A model generated the notes under the pieces. That model ran no database searches and had not been told where the DNA came from. It saw only the letters and a program-made list of their open reading frames with translations. Of a stretch of 33,758 nucleotides of DNA, positions 26,328 to 33,758 are shown in pieces. Each line of letters begins with the position of its first letter. The first letter of the stretch is position 1. Both the position numbers and the translations under genes were made by a program. The stretch is taken from the NCBI GenBank assembly GCA_966211485.1, contig CBIHPB010000001.1:1-33758 (forward strand), written 5' to 3'. The DNA is from an uncultured Bdellovibrio sp. Lineage in GTDB: Bacteria; Bdellovibrionota; Bdellovibrionia; Bdellovibrionales; Bdellovibrionaceae.

Positions 26328-27968
26328 ATGAGACTCAAGCATTTTTATCGACAAATCAGCCATCGCTGGCGACAGATCCCTGTCGAACTTTTATCCACAT
26401 GCTTGACCACATTCGCCTTGCTTGGCGCACTGTCTTTCGCACCTGTTAATAGCCGGGCCGGAGGCTTCATTTGCCGCGAAAGTCAGGCTGGAGCTGTCGA
26501 GCGAATGACCCATAAAACGCTCGATGATTTGGTGCAAGAAAATGCCACTCCAGAGCATATCCAAACCAAAATCGAAAAGCTCCCGCTCCCGCCTTTCGTC
26601 AAATATTTTTTGACCGACGGTTTGATCCAGGCTCATGAAGCTGGGAAGAAAGTCTCTTTCAAAAACGGTCTTCAGGATGTGATCTTGCGCCTGGGTCAAG
26701 AGTTCATGCGACAACACCCCGAGCTTCAAAACGATCCGGAGATTCTGCAGGAAATTCAGAATTCGAAACTGACCGACGCCTACAAATGGTTTTTGATCGA
26801 TGGCGTGCTTGCCCACAGTCCCGCCAAAGCTTGGCCCCACGGCGGAACGATTTTTTCTCCGATAGAGCAGCTGAGCTTCTTTGAAACCCAGATCAACAGC
26901 GGAAGTCTGGATCGCACATCGATGGAAGTTCCATTTCCTGTCAAGCAGCTGTGGCGAAGTGCTGTGACGATTGAGACGGCGGGAGAAGTCCCAGAATTTA
27001 TTCGAAATCGGTTTCTTTTGCCTGGCGGCCGAGTCGAAGTTCCTGTGCATCCTGTCGTTTTCGATGGGCGTATGACTTCGTCGCAGTCACTGGCGCAAGG
27101 AGCAGAAAAGATTCCTTTTAGTTATGCACCCACATATCGGCGCTGGATGGGAAAGCTGACCGCTTCTCGGTCTACTTTTTTCGGAGCTGTCTCGGTCAAG
27201 ATTCCGACTCAGTTTCCAAATCCGACATGGACTCCGGAAAACAAAAAGATTTTAGTGATCGATGATGTCCGTGAAAGTCTTCCGCGAACCCGGTTGATCA
27301 ATGCCATCGACACGCGTCTTGGTCGCCCAAAGGGATTGGTCTTGTTGAAGGATGTGATGGCCATTCATGACCATGCAACGGGAAATGCGATTTTGATTCG
27401 CGACACCTCTCCATTGCTGGATGGACACCACTACATGCCGGCATTTAGCACGCCAGAGGTCGGAAAAGTGATTGCAAGAAAGCTGGGTGTGGATTTCGAG
27501 CCTTACTGGATGAAGCACTACGCATACTCGTGGGGGCGCACCAAGGCCTTGCTTTTGATTCGCTATGGACTGGTACTGGAAAGTTCTCACGAGCAACAAT
27601 GGCTCCTGCAAATGAAGATCGACGAGAAAAGACAGATTCTTGTTCCCACAGATGTGAACGCAGTTCGAGACCTAGGCGACACACTGTTTGTAGGACCAAT
27701 TGCTGAAATGATCGCGCCTGAGTTTCTAGAGAAGGATCAGCAGCATCGTCGTGTGCTGAATGACTTCAATGATCTTCGTATGGCTTCTTTGACTGACGGA
27801 CATTTTCTGGATACGGCGTGGAGTGATGTCCACCAGCAGGGGATTCGCGAGACGATTGAGACTGAACTTGGGATTAAACTGCCGGAGAACTGGTATCGTG
27901 GGGAGTATCTGTCGAGCGATGTGTTTCAGGCGGCGCTACGCAAGTACCACCACCTGAATCATCCTTAG
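26328..27968 (+). CDS. Predicted secreted protein, function unknown
   Basis: SD GAAGAGGG before the ATG and an N-terminal hydrophobic segment LLSTCLTTFALLGALSFAPVNSRA. See the findings for a weak motif-order resemblance to IucA/IucC-type or kinase-like enzymes. Confidence 0.6.
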   Translation: MRLKHFYRQISHRWRQIPVELLSTCLTTFALLGALSFAPVNSRAGGFICRESQAGAVERMTHKTLDDLVQENATPEHIQTKIEKLPLPPFVKYFLTDGLIQAHEAGKKVSFKNGLQDVILRLGQEFMRQHPELQNDPEILQEIQNSKLTDAYKWFLIDGVLAHSPAKAWPHGGTIFSPIEQLSFFETQINSGSLDRTSMEVPFPVKQLWRSAVTIETAGEVPEFIRNRFLLPGGRVEVPVHPVVFDGRMTSSQSLAQGAEKIPFSYAPTYRRWMGKLTASRSTFFGAVSVKIPTQFPNPTWTPENKKILVIDDVRESLPRTRLINAIDTRLGRPKGLVLLKDVMAIHDHATGNAILIRDTSPLLDGHHYMPAFSTPEVGKVIARKLGVDFEPYWMKHYAYSWGRTKALLLIRYGLVLESSHEQQWLLQMKIDEKRQILVPTDVNAVRDLGDTLFVGPIAEMIAPEFLEKDQQHRRVLNDFNDLRMASLTDGHFLDTAWSDVHQQGIRETIETELGIKLPENWYRGEYLSSDVFQAALRKYHHLNHP

Positions 27969-27976
27969 TGTCGTCT

Positions 27977-30802
27977 TTAATGCCGTTGCGGCCAGAGATC
28001 CGTCCACTTAGTCGGAGCCGTCTGCGTCAGCTGAGCCTCACCCAGAACCGTCTGACTGACCTTCACTTCTTCAAGCGCCGTTTCTGCCAGGACTTTTCCG
28101 CAAGCTTCCATCACGGATTCCCAGTCGATGCCGTGATAAGCGTAGATCTCGTTCGGACGACCGCACTTTGAGTGATGGCGAACGGCCAAAGATTCATGAC
28201 GGGTACCCACGATCGAACCCAAGTTATCCAGCAAGCCCGCTTCACCGTCGTGCACAGACACGATTGGGATGCGGCGACCAGAGACCGTCACGAACTCGTG
28301 ACCGTTTAGTTGTTGGTTTGGATGAACGTGCAGGTTACCGTTAATGCCCAAGCCTTCTTTCAAGTACTGATAGTCATTGCCATGAGCTTGAATACCGCAG
28401 ACCAGATCTGGCGAAGTGACCACGATCACGTTCGCGTAAATTCCGCGTGAAAGCAGAGCTTCCGACGCCTTGATCGCCTCAGTCGTTGGAGATCCCATCG
28501 AGAAAATATTCACGACGTTATCGCCTGGCTCGTAGCCTGCGTAGCCGCGGTAATCGATCAGGTAGTAAGCGCCTTGCAGAACTTCTTCACGAACTTGGTT
28601 CATGATCACAGTTTCATCTTGCGGAGCCAATTGTGCTTCATCAACCGCACCGTCCAACGGGAATTCCGTTCGGCACAATGGAGCTGTGACATCAGATTTA
28701 AAACGAGCCTGTCGTTTCAAATAGGTCGGCATATCTTTTTGCTCGACCCCACGGGTGACCCCGCGGATCATCACGCCGTTACGGCCTTCGTTGTCGTTGA
28801 AGATGTGACGACGAATTGATTCGCACAAAATCCAATCCAGCTCTTGGCAGAAGAACGGCTCCCAAACAATCTGGTTCGGAATCTGGATATCTGATTTCCA
28901 TCCGTGCTGTGCACCCTCTGGTGACAACGTCACACCCGATGGAGTTCCCACCAAGATGAACGAGCTCTTCCAATACAAGTTGTAGAAGTACTGATCCAGT
29001 GCACGCTTCAAAAAGAAGTCATAGACGGTCATCAAAGGCATCAATGGAATTCCCAAGAAGTCTTTGATCTTTCCGAATGAACCCACGCAAGAAACCACGT
29101 TTCCTTCGGCGATTTCAAAGCGGATGTAACGGTCGGAAATATCTTCGCCCGGAACCAGATCCGGAAGCTTGTTGTCTTTGACTCCCAGCTCTTGCTCGAC
29201 GTCGTGAACGACAGGTGCTCCGAAAATCTTTCCGTCCATTGCTGGATTCAGATTGGTCGAAGTTCCCACGTCCGGAGCCATCGAAACAAAAAGTTCAGAC
29301 GGAGTTTTCCAAACCAATTCATTCGGAGCCAAAGCCTTTTGGGTTTTGGTCAGCTCTTTCTCGTTCAGCGGAGTGTTCGCGATACGAGTGAGCTTCGCCG
29401 TCAACTGGCCGAGCATCCACTGCGTGTGAGGGTAGCTGGCCATCTTGGTGTTGATTTCCAATGATGGAGGAAGCTCGCCATGTTCCATGAATTTCTTCAT
29501 GAAGAATTCTTGGTTGGCAGCTTTGATGTTGTTTTGTTCTTTGATTTCACCGAACAGCTGATCGCCGCGTTTTTTCAGGAACAGGCCGGCCTCTGATTTT
29601 GGATCCAGGCGTTCGAACAAAGTGTCGCCTTTGATGCCTTGTTTTTTGCGCAGCTCTTCCATCTCATCTTCGTTCGGCAGGGCCGAGTGATTGCCCGGTG
29701 CCGCCGCCATTTTCAAGCCCCAGCCTTTCAAAGTGTGAGCGATGATCATGGTTGGCTTACGTTGGTCTTTTTTGCTTTCGAGCATGGCGTTCGCCAGCTC
29801 TTGCATGTCGTGACCGCCGAAATCGCGGAGAGCATCGAACAGATCTTGGTCGCTAACTGCGTCCAAAAACTTTTTCATGCTTGGATGTTCTTTGGCGATT
29901 CCTTTTTTCAAAGCCTTCATGTCTTGAACAAGCAACAGGGCTTGGAACTCGTAATCTTCCAATTCATTTTCCAGGAAATTTTTGAAAGCTTCACCGCCTG
30001 GAGTTTTGAAAAGTTCCAAGCGCTTGCTGCCGTGTTGAACCTGGATCACGTCCCAGCCATTGGCCAGCATCATCGCTTCGATACGATGAGCATCGGTTCC
30101 GCCCATGACTTTCTTGTTGGTGATGCGGTGGCCATCCAAAGACTGACGGTTGTAATCCACGATCCAAGTGAGATTTCCCAATTCGCGTTCCGCAAAATCA
30201 GGAATCGCTTCGTACATCGAGCCTTCACGGAATTCAGAATCCCCGCAGACAGCCCAGAAATGCGCTGGCGGAACTTTGTAACCATGATCAGCGGCAAAGC
30301 GATAAGCCAAAGCCAAATATCCCGCATTCACTGGTGGAATGCCGACCGTACCAGAAGGGAAGAAGTTGTGGTGATCGCTGTCGTAAGCCGAGTGATAAGA
30401 CTGGAACACAGGCTCGCCATTGTGCGAATACTTGCGAAGTCCCATCATCGCTGTGTTGGCTTCATCCAAAGTCAGCTTTGAAAAATCAGGTTTCAGTAAT
30501 AAATCCAAAAGATAGTTGTACGAGTGATCGGTCGGTGAGGCGTGCGGTTTGTTGGCAATATGATCAAAACCGGTTTTCACCAACAAGTGCAAAGCACCCA
30601 TGATGTGCAGGGCGCTGGAGCTACCGGACGCGTGACCACCGATTTTGGGATCGCCCTTTTCTTTGTCGCTGCGATGATTGGCCTGATAAATCATTTGGGT
30701 CGCCAAATAATGGGCGCGACGGGCAATAGTGTCCAAAGTAGGTGCCAATTTTTTATCTAACACTTCAGATTTGTTGTCGTTCTTCGAGTCATTTTTAGCC
30801 AT
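27977..30802 (-). CDS. Pyruvate/2-oxoacid dehydrogenase E1 component homolog (homodimeric AceE-like, transketolase superfamily)
   Basis: Collinear with AceE-type E1. Matching blocks are IGGHASGSSSALHIMGA (compare GGHxaSfxS), GDSEFREGS...LGNLTWIVDYNRQSLDG (a ThDP-binding-like block, compare GDGEMDEPES...NLxFVxNCNLQRLDG), GGHD, PTMIIAHTLKGWG and a C-terminal transketolase-like domain. 941 aa. Confidence 0.75.
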   Translation of the reverse strand: MAKNDSKNDNKSEVLDKKLAPTLDTIARRAHYLATQMIYQANHRSDKEKGDPKIGGHASGSSSALHIMGALHLLVKTGFDHIANKPHASPTDHSYNYLLDLLLKPDFSKLTLDEANTAMMGLRKYSHNGEPVFQSYHSAYDSDHHNFFPSGTVGIPPVNAGYLALAYRFAADHGYKVPPAHFWAVCGDSEFREGSMYEAIPDFAERELGNLTWIVDYNRQSLDGHRITNKKVMGGTDAHRIEAMMLANGWDVIQVQHGSKRLELFKTPGGEAFKNFLENELEDYEFQALLLVQDMKALKKGIAKEHPSMKKFLDAVSDQDLFDALRDFGGHDMQELANAMLESKKDQRKPTMIIAHTLKGWGLKMAAAPGNHSALPNEDEMEELRKKQGIKGDTLFERLDPKSEAGLFLKKRGDQLFGEIKEQNNIKAANQEFFMKKFMEHGELPPSLEINTKMASYPHTQWMLGQLTAKLTRIANTPLNEKELTKTQKALAPNELVWKTPSELFVSMAPDVGTSTNLNPAMDGKIFGAPVVHDVEQELGVKDNKLPDLVPGEDISDRYIRFEIAEGNVVSCVGSFGKIKDFLGIPLMPLMTVYDFFLKRALDQYFYNLYWKSSFILVGTPSGVTLSPEGAQHGWKSDIQIPNQIVWEPFFCQELDWILCESIRRHIFNDNEGRNGVMIRGVTRGVEQKDMPTYLKRQARFKSDVTAPLCRTEFPLDGAVDEAQLAPQDETVIMNQVREEVLQGAYYLIDYRGYAGYEPGDNVVNIFSMGSPTTEAIKASEALLSRGIYANVIVVTSPDLVCGIQAHGNDYQYLKEGLGINGNLHVHPNQQLNGHEFVTVSGRRIPIVSVHDGEAGLLDNLGSIVGTRHESLAVRHHSKCGRPNEIYAYHGIDWESVMEACGKVLAETALEEVKVSQTVLGEAQLTQTAPTKWTDLWPQRH

Positions 30803-30903
30803 GACGGTCCTCTTTTATCTAATGAAGCAAAAACTCTAAGCTGGAGGAAACTAGCACTACTCCAAGACACACGCAAAAGAGATGCAGAGCGTTCAGCCAG
30901 GCG

Positions 30904-31860
30904 TCAGGCTTCGACGACGAAATCCCAACGAATCTTGATTGTACCGTCGGGATCGATGATGCCAGACGGTGGATTTGGGAAGGGAGCGGCCTCTTGGAAG
31001 GCTTCGACCGCAGCCTGATCCAGGTCTCGGACGCCAGAATCGCCGACAACCTGAACTTTGATCAGTTTGCCGCCGCGATCCAATGTGATCTGCAGTTTTG
31101 TGACTTTGTCTTCTGAAGAGGCAATGCTGCGGCCCTCTTGTAAAAGCTTGGTGATTTTTTCGCGCACTTTGCCGCCCCAGTGCTGGTTCAATTGGCGGCG
31201 GATCCGAGCATAAAACGTGTAATAAACAAATTCACGCGTGCTCAGCAGGGTTTCCATCCCTTTGTCCATGTCTTTCAAATAATCGGTGGTCTGACTGGCT
31301 TCCGAACCGCCAGTTCCTGGAGTCGGATTGGGCTGTTGGCGGGGAGCTTTCGCTTTTTCCTCGGCATATTTCAAAGCATCTTCATCCAGAGATTTTTCCA
31401 ATTGGCGCTCTTGCTGTTGCTTGCGCTCGACCATTTTTCCGATATCCATGTCGGGCTTCAAATCCTGCAATTGCAATTTGGGTTTGCCACCGGTGCCTTC
31501 GGAATTGTCCTTCGCCTGACGGTTGCGGAATTCGCCTGTCTTGGCAGCCACGGTTTGCTTTTTGACGACCTGATTGTGAGCGCTTAAAAATTTGGCATCT
31601 TCCGGTTTTTCGTCATTCAGCTGCTTTTCGTCTTGCTCGACGATTTGCATTTTGTCGATCGGCAGCTGGTTCGGATCTTTTGGAATCAGAGATTCTTCTT
31701 TGGGCTTTGGCTCGATGTAGGAGATCTCGACGATCTCAGGTTTCTGAGGTGAAAAATAGGAGCCTAAAAAAAATGTGCCTTGCCATGAGATTGCGTGAAT
31801 CAAGATTGAAACAAGCAAGAACAGGGCAAACAAGTTTTTCCGGGACTGCCACTTTTTCAT
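30904..31860 (-). CDS. TonB-like energy transducer
   Basis: N-terminal TM anchor LFALFLLVSILIHAISW, a Lys/Glu/Pro/Gln-rich spacer, and a C-terminal TonB domain (GGKLIKVQVVGDSGVRDLDQAAVEAFQEAAPFPNPP). I prefer the ATG at 31860 because it has a GAGGA 6 nt upstream. The ORF-track start at 31872 is also possible. Confidence 0.75.
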   Translation of the reverse strand: MKKWQSRKNLFALFLLVSILIHAISWQGTFFLGSYFSPQKPEIVEISYIEPKPKEESLIPKDPNQLPIDKMQIVEQDEKQLNDEKPEDAKFLSAHNQVVKKQTVAAKTGEFRNRQAKDNSEGTGGKPKLQLQDLKPDMDIGKMVERKQQQERQLEKSLDEDALKYAEEKAKAPRQQPNPTPGTGGSEASQTTDYLKDMDKGMETLLSTREFVYYTFYARIRRQLNQHWGGKVREKITKLLQEGRSIASSEDKVTKLQITLDRGGKLIKVQVVGDSGVRDLDQAAVEAFQEAAPFPNPPSGIIDPDGTIKIRWDFVVEA

Positions 31861-31992
31861 CAAGTTCCTCATGCAGTCTTATCGGAATATGAAGGCCTAG
31901 ATTGAAGCTTTTTCACCTCATCCGAGTCCAGATCTCGAGGTCTGGTATGCCTTTTTGCTAGCCATTTCTTCAGCAGTTTTTAAACTGGAACA

Positions 31993-32712
31993 ATGGCGAT
32001 CGACGTATGGTGCAAGACCGACAAAGGTCTTCGCCGTGACTCAAATCAAGACTCGTACCTGATCAACAAAGATCTGGGTCTTTATGTCGTTGCGGACGGC
32101 ATGGGTGGCCATTCTGGAGGCGAAGTCGCTTCTGCAATGGCGGTGAAAACAGTCGAAGAATTCGTCGCGAAAAATCACACGTCCATGAATTCTCGCGAGC
32201 TGATCACCAAGGCTTATCAAGAGGCCAGCCGCAAAATCCACGAACGCGCCAACCAAGAAGCCCGCTTGATGGGAATGGGCACGACCATGGTCCTGATCTA
32301 CATCAAAAACGGCATGGTCTTTATCGGCAACGTCGGGGATTCACGCGCTTACCTGTACCGCAAACCTTATTATTGGCAGGTCACCGAAGATCATTCTTTG
32401 GTGAACGAGCAACTGCGCGCCGGAATCATCCGCGAGGACCAACTGGCCAGCTTCACCAACAAAAATGTCATCACTCGCAGTGTTGGTTACGAAAAAGATG
32501 TTCAGGCCGATGTGCTTCAACGCGAAGCCCAGATCGGCGACTGTTATCTGATTTGCTCGGACGGTTTTTCTGGATTGGTACCCGATCCGATGGCTTCCGA
32601 AATTCTTGGCAACACACCGAATGAAAAAGTTCCGGATGCTTGCGTCGCAAAAGCCCTGGAAAATGGCGGGGATGACAACGTCACCGTTATGTACCTCCAA
32701 GTAAAGTCTTGA
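31993..32712 (+). CDS. PP2C-family Ser/Thr protein phosphatase
   Basis: Motifs RRDSNQDS, VADGMGGHSGGEVAS, GTT, CSDG and GGDDNVTVM are present in canonical order. Confidence 0.9.
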   Translation: MAIDVWCKTDKGLRRDSNQDSYLINKDLGLYVVADGMGGHSGGEVASAMAVKTVEEFVAKNHTSMNSRELITKAYQEASRKIHERANQEARLMGMGTTMVLIYIKNGMVFIGNVGDSRAYLYRKPYYWQVTEDHSLVNEQLRAGIIREDQLASFTNKNVITRSVGYEKDVQADVLQREAQIGDCYLICSDGFSGLVPDPMASEILGNTPNEKVPDACVAKALENGGDDNVTVMYLQVKS

Positions 32713-32744
32713 CCTAGACCTCTCACCTCATAAACTGTTGAAAC

Positions 32745-33758
32745 GTGGAAAAGATCTCAAACGAAAAAAAGAAACTGACCCTCTTCCTGGTCACCAATGA
32801 TGCAGGACAGACACGCAAAGTCGTCATCCCAGCCAGCTGGGTGAAGTCGATTTCGCTTTTGGGCGGCATTCTGATTTTGGCGATGATCGCAGCCTTCGTG
32901 GATTATCTGGGGTTGCTTGCGCAAACAGCAGAGAACAAACGGCTGACCGCTGAAAATGCTCAGCTGACCAAGCAGTTCCAAATCGTTGAAGGAAAAGTTC
33001 AGGCGTTGGAAACCAGTCTCGAGCGAGTGAAGACCTTCACCACCAAACTGAAACTGATCACCAATGTCGAAGGCGAAGACCGTTCGCTGAAATTGGCGAT
33101 GGGTGTAAAGCCGCCAGCAAACCAACCGGTTGAAGAGTACGACCAGCCCATGGATCAGCGTGGAAAAGTCGAAGACATGGAAAACGCCGATGCCGAATTC
33201 AATGAAAAGAAACCATTGGACGAGCAAAAGGGCGAGCTGACCGTCGAAGAGCACCGCGATTACGCATCACTGGCCATTCGTATCGACAAGACGATCAAAG
33301 ATTCGCAGCTGCGCGAGCAAAGTGTTCTCGATCTCTGGGAGTCTTTGAGCGAGCGCCAATCACTTTTGAATTCAACTCCGAATATCCGTCCGGCCAAAGG
33401 ATGGTTCACTTCGCGTTTTGGATACCGGGTTTCTCCATTCACGGGACGCGCGGCCTTGCACACGGGTCTTGATATCGCGGCGGCACCAGGTTCTCCTGTC
33501 TATGCGACCGCGGACGGTATCGTGACTTACGCCGGTTACGATGAAGGTTACGGAAAGATGGTCACCATCGATCACGGTTACGGTGTGACCACTCGTTTCG
33601 GTCACAACGCTCAGATTTACGTTCAAGTCGGCCAAAAGGTTTCCCGCTGGGACGTCATCGCGTCCGTGGGTAACACCGGCCGCTCGACAGGTCCTCACTG
33701 CCACTATGAAGTGCGCGTCAATGGTGTCCCTCGTGACCCAGCTCTGTATATTCTGGAC
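32745..33758 (+). CDS. M23 family metallopeptidase with N-terminal TM anchor and coiled-coil (3' end outside window)
   Basis: This gene is not in the ORF track because it has no stop within the window. The frame is open from the TGA at 32739-32741 to the window end, and the first start is the GTG at 32745. The TM segment is SISLLGGILILAMIAAFV, followed by a coiled-coil (AENKRLTAENAQLTKQFQ). M23 motifs are HTGLDIAA, IDHGYGVTTRFGH and GNTGRSTGPHCHYEV. Confidence 0.85.
   Translation, partial: MEKISNEKKKLTLFLVTNDAGQTRKVVIPASWVKSISLLGGILILAMIAAFVDYLGLLAQTAENKRLTAENAQLTKQFQIVEGKVQALETSLERVKTFTTKLKLITNVEGEDRSLKLAMGVKPPANQPVEEYDQPMDQRGKVEDMENADAEFNEKKPLDEQKGELTVEEHRDYASLAIRIDKTIKDSQLREQSVLDLWESLSERQSLLNSTPNIRPAKGWFTSRFGYRVSPFTGRAALHTGLDIAAAPGSPVYATADGIVTYAGYDEGYGKMVTIDHGYGVTTRFGHNAQIYVQVGQKVSRWDVIASVGNTGRSTGPHCHYEVRVNGVPRDPALYILD

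Noticed and set aside
25447-27050. Long antisense ORFs (245 aa at 25447-26184 and 219 aa at 26391-27050) opposite the two secreted-protein genes.
   Set aside because: They have no signal or domain features. The plus-strand ORFs have SD sequences, signal peptides and tight tandem spacing.
29639-30481. 280-aa plus-strand ORF inside the E1 gene.
   Set aside because: It lies antisense to a frame with clear AceE-like motifs, and it has no start context or recognisable domain.
32757-33704. Minus-strand ORFs of 165, 67 and 110 aa offered by the ORF track at the right end.
   Set aside because: The plus strand encodes a continuous M23 peptidase from the GTG at 32745 to the window edge, with HxxxD and HxH motifs. 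The track missed it because it has no stop codon. The minus-strand ORFs are its shadows.
1-33758. I looked for CRISPR arrays, tRNA/rRNA genes, transposases, integrases, phage genes, toxin-antitoxin pairs and known defence-system genes.
   Set aside because: I found no direct-repeat/spacer arrays, no cloverleaf-like or rRNA-like segments in the few intergenic gaps, and no protein with recombinase, nuclease or defence hallmarks.

Overview
This is a densely coding chromosomal window with about 29 genes. I saw no rRNA, tRNA, CRISPR array or obvious mobile element. Gene content, roughly balanced GC and a recurring 'FQNC'-type lipoprotein signal suggest a Bdellovibrio-like (Bdellovibrionota) genome, but that is inference only.

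Left arm (1-8.2 kb): REC-GGDEF diguanylate cyclase, CDF metal exporter, trmB, a small 2Fe-2S ferredoxin, trxB, a stand-alone receiver protein, a poly-Thr lipoprotein, and two predicted outer-membrane beta-barrel proteins. One of the barrels carries a CxxCH motif.

Centre (8.2-22.0 kb), the most interesting part: two mirror-image paralogous operons diverge from a 524-bp intergenic region.
- Each operon encodes (1) a CxxCH protein resembling planctomycete PSD/DUF1588-type domains, (2) a small lipoprotein, (3) a twin-arginine (Tat) signal protein with a conserved GGxDYHDGSRT motif, and (4) a lipoprotein with two CxxCH motifs and a PSCyt1-like C-terminus.
- The leftward copy additionally has a seven-repeat FG-GAP lipoprotein, a LamG-like N-terminal domain, a Calx-beta-like insertion and an extra di-CxxCH lipoprotein.
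- No component has a characterised function that I know of.

Right arm (22-33.8 kb): an orphan OppD/OppF-like ABC ATPase pair, an O-methyltransferase, an alpha/beta-hydrolase-like protein, two secreted proteins of unknown function, a stand-alone AceE-like E1 component, a TonB-like protein, a PP2C phosphatase and a 3'-truncated M23 peptidase.
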